Part shown: positions 14,301 through 26,839 of the stretch, piece after piece
How positions within the stretch are numbered: position 1 is the stretch's first letter
How the letters are laid out: each line of letters opens with the position of its first letter
NCBI GenBank assembly: GCA_030141605.1
Contig: JAQGDQ010000123.1
Location: forward strand, 372,001 to 436,000
Direction: 5' to 3'
DNA: 64,000 bases
DNA from: Tubiluchus corallicola
Lineage: Eukaryota > Animalia > Priapulida
Made by a program: the position numbers and the translations under genes
Notes under the pieces: model-generated
Databases searched by the model: none
What the model was told of the DNA's origin: nothing
What the model saw: the letters and a program-made list of their open reading frames with translations, nothing else

Positions 14301-17300
14301 AAAATGCTTACTGGCACCATTCAGCTTTTATCTGCACCAAAGTTTTTAAAATAACTGCAAAATCATACAACTGTAGCTGATAGGTATATTAGAAGTCACT
14401 GGTCCATTACACTTCGTTCAAAGGGCGTGTAAAAAAGGCAAAAGCAACCATTTTCTATAGATTATTTAACACTGTTTCGTCATTTAATAAATAGCTACAA
14501 GGATACGATGTAAACTGTTAATAAGTTGCTAAAAAGCCACATGTTAAATTTGTCTCCTCTTGTGAGCCAAAGCTTATATGTCATTATATGTTCAGTATCA
14601 ATTGCAGAGTAATAAGATCATATTTACAAATGATTAGAGCAGTTAGCCAATGCAAAGACATCATTTACAGATAATATAAAAATAAGGTGAGCAGAATACA
14701 AAAGAAGGCTGCAAATTAGAAATTATACCCATTATATCAGAAAAAACAACTTTTTCTCACAGTATTAGAAATCTGTAACCATGTGCGAAAGCAAGACCAC
14801 TAAGGCTCCTGGTTTCATACGTTCACTGGCCTCATAAAAATTCTGGAAAATTTGGTTTTCTTAGCACTGACACCAAACACATGATAAACAAACAAAATTT
14901 AAGAACCATGACTAATATCTCAGGTTAATATCTCAGTAGCAATATGAGGTCAAAAATGCTAAAAAATACCAATGTTAAATTACTATAAAAATGCCTAATT
15001 AATGAGTGGTTATTTGGCATGAATGAACAGTTAGTACCGCTGCACACCCTCTTCACCAATGTATCTGCCTGGGAAAGTTTTCTGCTGTATGAATGAAAAC
15101 ACTGATTTTGAGCGGAATAACAAACTATTTAAAATATACGTTTAAAATTAAAAATCAATCGATTTTAGAACAGCTGTTGTGCAAGACAAATAATTTTGAA
15201 ACACACACTCAAATTTTAAAATATGTAAAACATGCACATGTACAAAATATAAGAAAACATTGTAGATGTCCCATGATGTCTAAATCATAAATAAATAAGT
15301 GCAGACTATCCCTCAAGTTCAGCAGACAATGAACATTATCACACAGATCAGCCTTATGCATTAATTATGTGAGCTACAGGACATCTCGAGGGGCAGCATT
15401 TGGAGCACTTCATTTCAGGAAATTTTTGGCCCTGTCATGAAGTCTTCAAACATCTTGAAGCAAAAAACTGAACAAGCCAAACGCATATGACATCGAACCT
15501 TAGACATTAGAAACCTACTAGCTGTACCTAACCCATAAAAATCAAACTATGGGATACTTATGATGAAATCAATTAGGAATAGACACTGTTATAAAAATAT
15601 TTAGCAAAGCTTAGATATATGAAGGGACTATGTTTGGATCAAGCCAAAGTTCAAAGACATGTATTTATAAGTAAGACAACATGAATTGAACAACCATCTT
15701 GCTGCAACATCACTAAATTTTAAATACTAATGCAGATAGATAAATCACATTCATTGTTATGTTTAAGTACCACCATCATAAAAACCATCCATAAATTAGA
15801 TTAGATTAGATTTACTGACTAAAAATTACAAAAATAAAAGATAAAAACTTAACAAAGAGTAAATTAGTCAAACAAGAACAACACTCAAATTGACCGTGTA
15901 ACAATTAAAATAACTTGAAATGATCAGGCACAAAATTAATGACTAGCTCAGTGTCCTGGCGAGTGAAAATACTAACTTCCTAGTTCCTCACTAAAAACAG
16001 TCTTGTTTCTAACGTTTCATACATATCATACTATATTTACATTAGTAAATATAAATAAAAATGAAAATGAAGGAATTAGTAAATAATAATAATCTGATAT
16101 AAAAAAATATACTTATGATTTAGGTCAAATTAAAACATTCCTTAATCAAAATAAAAAAATTGTACAATAAATGTTATTAAGCATTATAAAAATCAAATGC
16201 AGACTTCATTTTCATTGCGTTTACAAAATTAGCAAAAGCGTGATGAAACAGTTTTTGATGTTTGTCAAGGAGCTCAAACCTTACTTGATATCGTATATAC
16301 AATAGTTTTTAATGTATCAGCCAAATGGTGTACGAGTTTTAAATATGAATGTAACTTAATGGTAATTTAATCTTTTTTCTATTCAGCTACAAAAAAAAGT
16401 GCAAGAATACACGAATAGTTCCAGAACTTCTGGGTATTAATTTTGTCGAAACGTAGACAGTTATAGTTGCAGTAGACAAATCTTAGGTAGGCCACACAAA
16501 AGTTTATTCCTGTCTTAGCTTTATGAGGTCAAAAGACATCAGTAGGAGACTTAAAAATATTCTTAAGCTTTGTGAATATTTAAAGCTGGATCATGAAACA
16601 TTTAAAATCCGTTGAAATCAAAGTTTGTTTATTTCCCACCAGTTAGAAGTAAAGTTTTAAATTATTTTCAATGCACATTATTTCACACTTTGTTTTTTAG
16701 TTTTTTGTTTCACATTACTAAATTATCGTATAGTCTGTTTTTTGTAAGCATGAACGTATATTGATAATTATGGAATAAGCGGCAACACTACTCGGTCATT
16801 AATACACTAATTTGACAGAAAATACGGTATTTTTAGCCTCCAATATGATAATAAGCATCATACAAAACAGCAACGTTGACCAGAGTTTGTCGTCGAAAAC
16901 ATGGCTGCGTACACTCCGAAAGAGTGATGTCTTAATAATCATTGCATTTTGTTTTAAATTAAAAAATACGCTTTTATATGACTACATCCGGTAAGTATAT
17001 GAATGTACAAAATTTTTGTAATAAAATTCTGGTCAGGTGTGCAATAAACAAAATATTACCTGGGCGATTAGATAGAAAAAGATGTATTTTTGTTGTCAGT
17101 CTTAGATCCTTTTAGTTGCTTTTCATTTGTTTCTGAAGAGAAATAGAAGTGTAAGTATTTAAATAACAGTCATCTACTACTAATTACCTTTCTAGATTTG
17201 ATTATTTGCTTTGCCTTTCTGGGTCCGACCCCAGTCAGACTTTGTAACTGTGTAAGATCAGCTGTATTTATATCAAGTTTCCACTTCCTGTTTCCACGTC

Positions 17301-17313
17301 TTCCTCTTTCCAT
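8366..17313 (-). CDS. Helix-hairpin-helix (ComEA/EEPD1-like HhH pair) protein, 5' four coding exons; 3' end unresolved
   Basis: Phase-compatible GT-AG exons 17313-17188 (MERGRRGNRKWKLDINTADLTQLQSLTGVGPRKAKQIIKSRK), 10933-10791 (IRGGFVSVKDLSDIPGIGENIVNLNRHRLIC...), 10165-9976 and 8611-8366 (acidic, DSDTDDDDGDD). INTA..L..L.GVG..KA..I and GGF.SV.DL..IPGIG match the tandem HhH signature. An in-frame TGA lies upstream of ATG 17313. Confidence 0.8.
10318..10396 (+). repeat. (CA)n microsatellite
   Basis: Interrupted CA/CG dinucleotide run. Confidence 0.9.
12835..12925 (+). mobile_element. tRNA-derived SINE head (same family as 8120-8182)
   Basis: gtgaatggctcttgattgcctgggttcaatactc matches the reverse complement of 8128-8162. 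Confidence 0.5.
13262..14175. repeat. GC-richer interspersed repeat with internal ~149-bp tandem subunits (non-autonomous DNA/Helentron-like element)
   Basis: Sharp GC rise. Two diverged units start at ccgctaggaggcaaaa (13896) and ccgctagggggcaaaa (14045), sharing ggggtcgg, gtagcatat, ggtct..atgaggc and gaatgg. The class assignment is tentative. Confidence 0.55.
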
Positions 17314-17574
17314 ATCAAGCAGCCATCGTCAACCTGCAAAAACGCAACACAATAAATTTCATAACAAATACAACTTGGTAAATGCCACTGTTATCAAAAC
17401 AATGATGTAATCTGTTGCCATTCAGTAGAGCGCCACAATGCACTGCCAGAGAAGCTAAACTGAATAACCTGAATAAGAATAGTAAGAGCTTAAACCTAAT
17501 ATTCCTAATAGCGAAGTCATAATCTATCGGTTTTGCTGCAATCTAACCGAAAACAATCAATCAACCTTCTCTTA

Positions 17575-17660
17575 CCCTTTATGGTCCACCTGAGCTAAGT
17601 CAAATGGACGATACAAGTGGTTTTGGTCACCTGGTCAACCAAATGGTCGGCCTTAAAGGG
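17575..17660. mobile_element. Tiny TA-flanked inverted-repeat element
   Basis: TA|CCCTTTATGGTCCACC ... GGTCGGCCTTAAAGGG|TA. Confidence 0.45.
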
Positions 17661-20600
17661 TACTAGGACCACTTTATAAAATGAGGTTTAAATTAACGTT
17701 CTTAAAGTGAAAGTGTTCAGAGTGTAAGGTACATTTTCATTAAAATTTATAGCTTCATTATGTTGTAAGTGCTCAGCTATCCCAACTTCCAAATTTCTTA
17801 CCGTAAAACAGAGTGCATTTTGCCGCCTTAACTTTGGACTGCGCGCCACCGATTGTGAAAGCGGCATAGAATGTGGATTCGATTTACAAAGATTATGGCA
17901 GTTATGAACAAGCGAAAATTTTATCTTTATACCTGCACTGTACATGTTCTACGGCAAGTGTTAAAATGTCGTGAGCAATAGATATGGCACTAGAGTTTTG
18001 ACACCATCATACCTCAATAACAATGTTTGGTAGTATGTGCTACTCATGCAATTGAACATTTATTCTAAGAAACAAAACATCTATTGAGTAGAATGAAATC
18101 TAATTTTTGCACAATTTAAACTTATTCGTTTGAACAAACAAAGTAGGCAACTGTAATAAATTTCCAAAGGTATCATGGTGCATAGCATATAATAGCTATT
18201 CGAATCTGTTTTTAACTGCTGTAAAAGGCCACACCTCACAATTACGATTTGAGGCCGAAAATCAACCCAGTAAATCACAGTACCTTTTGATACGAACAGA
18301 ACAATCTGGCAAAGTGGCCATTAGTGACCACATACTATTGCTGAAGGGTATATACTGGTTAAAGACATCAATCAATTTCAGACCTATTATTGCTTGCAAT
18401 TAGGGTAAGGTTGGACAACATAAGCACCAATTAGTCGCAATTTTGTATAGCAAAAAACTTCCAAACTGGTATAAAAGTGATGTAATAATAATAATTATTG
18501 CAATAATAATAATAATAACATTGGACCAGAAACTGAATGTAGCACTTTGTACATCTTGAACCACATGACATGCATTCCAGGGATCTCCAGGATCATGACA
18601 TACAGACAAAATGGGATCGTAGTGAGATAGAAAACGGGAACGCACATTAGAAAAAAATGTGAGTGTTTTCCCAAGTGTCTAAAAATATAAGAAGCATTGT
18701 CTGAAAAGCATTTCTTCTGCTAGGTTTAGTATTAAATCAGGCATCTAAAAACTGTAGAACACAAAACCCACTGAGGAACTTACAGTACTTGCAAACTGTA
18801 TAGGACTGACAGTAGTCAGTGATGTATTTGAATCTCTGTATATTGGACATCTCATTATTTATTAAGCAGGAACACCTATTATAGTATGTTTGTAAATACA
18901 ACAGCCGCCGTTTATTTTGCAACGCGTTTGCTAAGCTCACTACGGATATTTAATGTCAGTGACATCATCAGGCCAGATGACAATTAAGATGGCGAAAATC
19001 AGGCTGCATAGTCGAAGAACTTAACTGTTCTTCTTGTTAAAACAACAGATAAGTGAATTTAAATTATGCAATATGAATTAATTTAAACCTGACATTACAA
19101 ATTGACATGAACTTGTCTTCAAATGATATGTTTAGTTACATTAATAATAATTGGCAACAACCAAACAAGAAACAAAATACTGAAGGCTCCTTTTCCTGTC
19201 ATCCATCAAAAATACGTTGCCGTGACATGGTACAACAGTATTGCCATTTTTGGCTGTCGTCCAGTTTTAGTTAAACCGTGCTCCACCAATCATAAATTAA
19301 TATTGTTGTGGTACCCATTAAACGTGATTTTCAATATTTTATTAAATACAAGGCCAAGCAATGTCTCCAGCATGACAACAAAAACCAATTTTATTGGAGT
19401 GGAAGCCCGAATAACTGAAATTAAAAGAGAAAAAATTTCTATTAAAAAACTCTTTTAAAAAGCATCATTTTTCTATTTTAAGAAGAAATTTTCCTTTAGA
19501 TTGTTCTTTGAGCGACGTTTTTTTAGAAAATCGGTGCAGACTTAGGAAGGTACCAAATGGGATTTGTTACCTACGTAGGGTTCTTGTACGAGGCGGCTGG
19601 TGCATTTACTGCAGGTGGATCTTCTTTCAAGTTCTTTGTAATAGTCAACATATAAGATATGTGCAAGTTTCCAAGACTTTTTTATTACACATAACACAAC
19701 ATATAACAAAATCGCTGTTACAGTATAAACTAATGTAAATGTTCAAAGTAAATTACATTAATACAATAATAAATCAATAAAAGGATTCAATAATACAATA
19801 ATAGGAGATTCAAGCCAGGTTTCACAGGAATCTTGAAAGATGGAACAGAGATAAACGTATCGTGGATCAAGTATTTCATAGGGTATTATGGTTACAGGAT
19901 AGTGAAAAAAGAAGAAAAATTAGGACACAAGGAAAGGAGAAAATATGACTGGCAACAACATAATTATGTTAAATTCCAGCAATATGTATTATCTTTATTT
20001 GCATTTTGTCACATATATGCAGTCACAAACTAAAACAAATAATTAATTAATCAGCAATATTGTAATAAATAAACTGCAACAAAAATAATATAGTTAAAAC
20101 ACTAACTACACTACAAATTATAGTATGGGGGGAAAATGCTGGACCATTTAAAAGTTTATTTGTATTTGTCTACGATCTTCTTCTTTAATTCTTTCTTAGA
20201 TTTTGCTAGAGTAGATTGATGCATGACCTATCATATCAAAAGTGTGCGCGTGATATGACCATATCAGTAAAACCATACGAGTAAAATTTTCCGAGTTTCG
20301 CATAAATTTAGATAAATTTTTCTTTCAAATGCTTGTTATACACTTCTTGATAAGGGAAATGATGATTGTATTCACTGACAAAGAGGAGAATCAACAAAAT
20401 TCTAAATGGTTTGGAGACTGAATCAGTAAATTTTATGTTAGGTCTCATTCTGAAAAAAAGATGTTAGTACTGGTAGTGATTAATTCTTATAATAATAAAT
20501 CACTTTAATTGAAATTCAATCGACTAGTTTAAGTAAGTTGTTTCAATAATTATAACTGATCGTACTTGAATTATGTAACTTAGATCCTGATTCTCTGTAT

Positions 20601-22514
20601 TCTCACAAAAGTCATTTCGAGAATCGCTTAGATACTGGCAAAATATAACGAAATTCTGGCCCTGGAAAACCATGCGAATTTCCTTTGCGGGACACCGTGC
20701 GGAAAATCACTCTACGTATAAACGTTAAATAAACTTAAAAATTAGTTAAATAAGGCCAGTATAGTAGTATAAAACTTAATAGACAACAGACGAGAAAAAA
20801 GCTGGAGTGTTTTCTATGCGGTTTTAAGCTCTATCGCATAAATTGCTTAGCACTAATAATAAAACACTGCAGTTTGTCAATCACACTCATTCGCATTTTT
20901 TAAAGTTAATTGGAGTTTCAGAAACGAAAATATTTATCAAAAATATAAAAGTGACAAACGTCAACAACACATTCCAACCTTTCAAATTTGTGACAGCCAA
21001 CATATCGTTACCTTGTCTCGTTTTCAAACACGACAGAATTTCCTAAGAGTATTTTTTTTAAACTGAAAAACGTCATTGCAATTTTTCTAATAATTATTCT
21101 TCTATTTAAGGCTTTTCTTAGCATTTGCAATAGGAACAAAATTGCTACACAACACAAACGCATTCAAGATAGCTTTTTTTCATATTCGCTCTGCGCACTC
21201 ACATTTGCGCACGTAAGTCGACCAGGCCAATAATATTTAGAGATATTGTTGAGAAAATATCGCAAGTGTTTCAGTGGAAATATAAAGTTTATTATTTGCG
21301 ATTAACGGTTTACGGCAGTTCGAGTAGGACGGCAATGTGGAAATCATGCCATTAAATAAGCCACTGCTTAGTGGACTTCAACAAATTCCAGCATATGCAA
21401 GTGAGGAGAGAATCAGATCCCTGTTTGCAAGGGAGATGCATTTGAGAGTCCGAGCCGCTAAGATGAGAGATATGCGGGCTAAGCGTTGAACTGTGCAGAC
21501 AGAGAGAGTTGAGCTGTTTTTAGCACAGTTTTGGTTAAGAACACTTTGCAGTTTGTGCTACATACATGCATAGATTTCAGCTAAGTGACGTGCGCTGTAA
21601 ATAGAGTGTCTATGCAACTTAAACACTAAATATTCAACATTTCAAGATGGTAATAAACAACTCAAGTTAGTTTATAGCTCGTATGCTGTTCTTGTATGCA
21701 CTACTCTAAGGTTAGATCATGAGGTTAGAACACTGAGAAGCTATACGTATTGACTAGGTGTAGTCAATCTATTTTTAACATGTATGTCTCCCTGTGATAG
21801 CATATTTGCATTCTTCTTCAATAAAGTTTCTCCCTGTATTTAAGCCAGCTGTTTGGTGGCACACAGTGAGATTGTCTACCCTATACATCCAATATCACCA
21901 GCTGTAAACAATTGCAATCAGCAATGAGAAATAAAGGTCATTTCATCTTTTAACAGGAATTTCTCCTTAAAAATAGAGCAGAGTTGAGGCCAACGTGCGT
22001 TAGAATACTGTGTCTGGATAGTTGAAATTTTTTGCATTAACGGATTTTGCACAAGTGATAGTGCTACAGTGCAAACTATGCATTTACTGAAAGCTTTTTA
22101 CAGTGTTTTCATCAAAAATGGATTTTAAATTTGTCTAAGGTAAGCAAACACATTTCATATAATTTTGCAAGAAAATCTATTGTGTGCAGAATAGAAGCCA
22201 ACAAACATGATCAAATATAACATAATCGCTGCTTGGTGAGAGCATTTTTTTCATGAAGCATGCAAAATGCAACACCCACTTATGGTCCTGAAGAAGCTAA
22301 AGTAGAGAATTTACGACAAAAATATTTCACAATAATTATTAAGATATGCACAAATGAAGCACAAGCAGCAAAGGTTAAACGAAGAATTGAATATTACAAT
22401 ATTTTTATGGAAAATCTGAATTGCAAAACAGTTACAATAGTTTAAAAGAAAGTTGTAGAGAATCCAAAACACAAGGATTTAAGTCCCAAACAAATGCCTC
22501 TGCCCAGATTAGGC

Positions 22515-22785
22515 TCAGAAAACGTTTCGGCTAGCTGCTGCTGCCATCATCAGTGGTGGATTTACAAACATTCAATAGGCAGAGCTTATTATGTACTAAT
22601 TAAACTGTTAACAGGAGACAAATAGATGATGAATAATAGACCAGTAAAGAAATTGATACAGCAGCTTAAAGACTAATCATGTAATTAATTACTAATAGAC
22701 ACACTAACAAACAGCTAAGTGTTTGAAAATGGAGTTAAAGGAATTGAACTGCTTTTAAATGTTAAGAAAAGGCTTATTAGGCTAC
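22515..22785 (-). mobile_element. Hammerhead-motif-bearing repeat (Penelope-like/retrozyme-like terminal repeat), copy A
   Basis: Minus strand CTGATGA-T-GGCAGC-agca-GCTAGCC-GAAACGTT at 22553-22521; flanking ~250 bp homologous to 58590-58802. Confidence 0.6.
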
Positions 22786-22807
22786 TACCTGCCTATCGAG
22801 TGTAGGA

Positions 22808-23985
22808 TAGGAGTGAGCATCGAACGTTTGAATTTGACTCGAACGAGTTTTTTTAGGTCGAATTTGATTCAAACCTTCAATCATCAATTTGAATAATTCG
22901 TGACTTCAGCTACATATGTTCTTTATCATTTAAATGTTTGAGAAAGCATGCAATTAGCACAATTTAGCTGCGTTTTCTGTGCGAAATTTTTAACAATCTA
23001 ATAGAGCGGTTTTACTGCAGAACAAAATACAGTTCTATGCACGATCTTTGTAAGACCACTTTTTACTAGTTCAAAAATCTTTTAAAGTGTATTTGAATTT
23101 AATTTGGATTTGAAATACTGAAATTTGGTTCAACTAGAATTCGAAAGTCACAAATTCGATTCGACACAAATTTGCTTTCTAGTTGAGAATGCTCTAATGT
23201 TGGGGAGAGCATCAAATGTTCAAATTCGATTCGAACGAGTTTTTTTTAATTTGAATTCGATTCAAACCTAAAATTATAGATTTGAATAATTGAGCACTTC
23301 AGCCATACACATTCTTTATCATTAAAACACTTGAAACATCATACAATTAGCACAATTTAGTAGTGATTCCTGTGCACATTTTTAATTAATTTTACATTTT
23401 TTAATTAATTATTAGCGGTTTTATTGCAGAACAAAATTGAGTAATTTGCATGATCTTTGTAAGATCGCTGTTTACTGGTGGCTCGAAAATCTTTCAAACA
23501 CAATTCGAATTTGAAATGCTAAAGTTTCGGTTCGATTCGAAAGTCACAAATTCGATTCGAATTCGCTTTCTGGTAGGGGGTGAGCATCGAACATTCGAAT
23601 CGAATTCGAACGCTCGAATTCGATTCGAACGAGTTTTTTAGTTCGAACTCGATTCGAATCCAAAACTATAGATTTTAATAATTCAGCACTTCAATCACAT
23701 TTCTTCCTGATCCTTAAAACGATTGAAACGTCATGCAATTAGCATAATTTAGCTGTGATTTCTGTGCACAACTTTAAACAAATTACTAGTCGTTTTATTG
23801 CAGAACAAAATCTAGTGATATGCATGCATAATTTTTGTAAGACTAATTTTTACTGGTGGTTCCGGAAACTTGTTCGAAAATCGTTCAATCTCAATTCGAA
23901 TTCGAAAGTCACAAATTCGGTTCGATTCGAATTCGCTTTCTGGTAGAGAATGCTCATCCCTACTTTCTGATAGAGATTGCTCACC
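22808..23985. mobile_element. Cluster of three hAT-like MITE copies (~390 bp, TTCGA-rich subterminal repeats)
   Basis: Three homologous units start ~22808, ~23200 and 23574. TIR TAGGG(G)TGAGCAT/ATGCTCATCCCTA; the youngest copy, 23574-23962, is flanked by 8-bp ctttctgg/ctttctga. Confidence 0.85.
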
Positions 23986-24510
23986 TGTTGAGTGTTGACA
24001 TGATCTTTAGTGTGGCGTGTGCACAATTCATTGTGTGTACAGATGCTTGACTAATAACAAAAACGATGCTGCAATTACATTCGCAATTATAAGTATATTG
24101 GCAACGCTACTGTTGTGCGCCCTGGTGGTGAATCTGGTGATTTAGGCATGAACGTAAACGTAACGTTTTTGAATTTTTGTTAACAGTTTATAAAAGTTAA
24201 ATTACCGTTACCGTCGAAGGATAGAGGTTAAGCATAAGCAGCTTATGGACCTCTCCACTCTTCCTTGTTTACTTTATTAAAATAAAAATTAACAAAATTT
24301 GTGGCCACACTGCGATCATGAAGTATAGCACAAGATTTCCTGAGTGTTGCCATTGTGGCAATCTGGGATCTTTATATTTTTCTGGATTGCATTTCTAGTG
24401 TCTATCAAGACGAATCTTAAACTGGGCAGGATTGGAGGCTTGAACTACAGCGTCAAGCAACATGTTCCACTCATTAATTACTCCCTTTGCAAATGTGAAC
24501 CTCCTGTTAT

Positions 24511-25415
24511 GAGTCGAGTGGAGCCAAGTAGACCAATTGGTCTACTAGGGCTGCCCAAGTAGGACACTAGAGACAGGTCGCGAATTGAGTCGTTAACTGT
24601 ACTGACACCGTCCGTTGTGCTTGTTTATGTAATAATAATAATTAAAAACGTTAGTACACGTTGAATAATTTGTTATACATCTAATAAAATAAAAGAATTT
24701 TATTCTGAGCTGGTAGAACGGACAATATTAAATTTGGTTTCGATATTAATGTTGTTGAAGTGAAAAAAACCACTTTTTTGCGAATTCAACATTTGTTTAA
24801 GGTATATCATTTTTGATTTTGTCGCACTTCACAAACAGGTGATCCGTTTCACTACCTCTTGGGCAAATAATTGTTTTCTTATAAGTAAACGTTCTAGCGA
24901 TCTATGTGTCCTGCATGGGCTAGCGAGCCATGTAGGACAGTGCCCTACATGTTACAATATTACTGATAATATTAAAACTAATTATCCTTGCTTTTCTTAA
25001 ATGTTAAAAATTACTTTTTTGTGTTGTGAAGGCTTAGCAGCATCTGTCTCATTTTTAAATTTGCAATTATTTCTGTAATAACTGTGTGCAGAATTTCTCT
25101 CTTCAAAGCATTAGATACTAGGTTTAATGTTATGATATATTAATGGAGTTAATCATAATGATGAAATTATTGTAAGAAATGCATTTGTAAATTGCCAAGG
25201 AATATCCGTTTCTAAAAGAAATTTTGTTTTATGCTTTATTATGTCATAACAATACTTATAAACAATGGTAATATAAACTGGAAACAAGATTTGCCAGAGC
25301 AAGTTTCTCGACAAAAATCGCTAGTGTCCTACTTGGGCTGCCCATGTAGGACACTACTTTTAGCGCATCGGTTTTACCGGAAGTGGTCTACTTGGCTCAG
25401 TGGTCCACTCGGCTC
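24511..25415. mobile_element. Inverted-repeat (MITE-like) element
   Basis: Ends gagtcgagtgg..gagccaagtagacca and tggtctacttggctc...ccactcggctc are reverse complements; the palindromic gtcctac..gggc..gccc..gtaggac motif recurs at ~24545, ~24905 and ~25325. Confidence 0.7.
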
Positions 25416-25769
25416 CCTACACCTCCTACTCCACCTTTGGGGAACTGTTCTCTGGATTTTGTAGGACTTGATGCCAAAAGTTTGAAAGTGCTTTTACTAG
25501 TCATGAATCAAATATGGTAGGCTATCTGGTGAGTGCTATAAATTCCCCCAGTGACGCTCAGAACAGTTCCCATTGACTGAAATGGATACGCTTCAATGAT
25601 TAGTAAGAGCATTTAGAGAAATTATGGAATTAAGAGAAAACGTGTTACAACTAAATGTAATGAGTGCGAAGGATGACACTCCTATGCGGAACTAGGAACG
25701 ACCATATAATGATAGAAGAAAATAATCTGCTCTTGCACATTTAATAGGTTGTGCTGATATTGGAAAAGG

Positions 25770-25830
25770 TGAAGAGGAGCCAGTGAACCGCCGCCGCCCA
25801 TAAATTGGCGCGTTTCCTGCATATTTATGG
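25770..25830 (+). promoter_or_regulatory. Possible PRPF3 promoter core
   Basis: Local GC-rich patch ccgccgccgccc...ttggcgcg (GC-box/E2F-like) ~1 kb upstream of the ATG exon, which itself begins with an acceptor. Confidence 0.3.
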
Positions 25831-26191
25831 ATTTTTGAAACTGCTTTCTAGCAACTAAAAATAAAATTGAGAATTTTGTTCTATGAAATATACTAATTCC
25901 TTGTTTAAAATATAGTTAATCCTTTGAAACATAATCTTTGTTTACATCCACTTACTAAAAACTGTTAGAGGGAAAGTCAACTGACTTCATTGATAGCTGT
26001 TGTTATGGTATATGGGCTACTTGATGACCTACCTAATGATTGAAAGAGATAATAATCAACTCTAAGTACAAAGGTGGGAGATCTAAAGGAGAATTAACAG
26101 ATTTTTAACCTCTGTTATTAGGAAATTATTTGAAAAAAATCTTTATGAAAAGTAACGTTGAAATATTAGAGAGTAACATTTGCAATTTACC

Positions 26192-26206
26192 GGGGGGGGG
26201 GGGGGG
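26192..26206 (+). repeat. G15 homopolymer
   Basis: 15 consecutive G upstream of the PRPF3 ATG exon. Confidence 0.9.
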
Positions 26207-26839
26207 ACATAGAAACAGAGGTACATAAGAAACGGTTTCACATTCACAGTATTAGATTATAACAGTGGGATATTAAATCTAACATTGGACTAGAGTATAA
26301 TGGAGATGAAAACTGAATTGTATAATTTATTATGAGATGTAGGAAAATGTTTTTATCGGTTATCATTAAGGGATTGTGGTAATTAAGTGTTGACTCGTGT
26401 GATTCCTTTTTAATGTACAAATTAAATAGTGAAGCCAAGACCATTATTAATAAGCTTATTGGAAGCAACACTCCCAAGTGTAATTAAGTTGTAAGAAAAC
26501 TTTTAAGAAGTTTTTGGTAGAACATTTTAAGAAGACCTTTTAATTAATGTCTTTTAATTCTGTAAGATTAAATAATTATATTCTTCTGGTTGCTTTCTGC
26601 TAGTAATTCTGACAAAATGTCTAGTGAAGTAATCACTCTTCAATTGATTTAGCCAAAATGTTTGAAGATTCTAAAATAAATTTGTGTGCATTCTTTCAGA
26701 TGTAATAAGACATGACACTCATGGATACTTATGTATAAAGTCCTGAGATTTATTGACTTATCCAGACAAAGGATTCTAGTTTCGGGAATAAAGCTTTAGT
26801 GGTAGCTCATTTTATTTTTCCTCAAATACAGCTGTCATC

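Noticed and set aside
8366-17313. Gene symbol EEPD1
   Set aside because: Only one HhH pair; no Met-Gly start and no EEP domain exons found.
20660-20712. Cluster of NF-kB/Dorsal-like sites
   Set aside because: None has the GGG start of the consensus; too degenerate.
21336-21887. Solo LTR (TG...CA with AATAAA)
   Set aside because: No target-site duplication, second copy or PBS/PPT seen; the same applies to 12397-12620 and 51428-51637.
22808-23985. CRISPR-like or heat-shock-element reading of the TTCGAA repeats
   Set aside because: No constant repeat with unique spacers, and the TTC/GAA spacing does not give three alternating nGAAn units; explained by MITE subterminal repeats.
24117-24130. 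CTCF-like motif gcgccctggtgg
   Set aside because: About two bases short of the core consensus; expected by chance.
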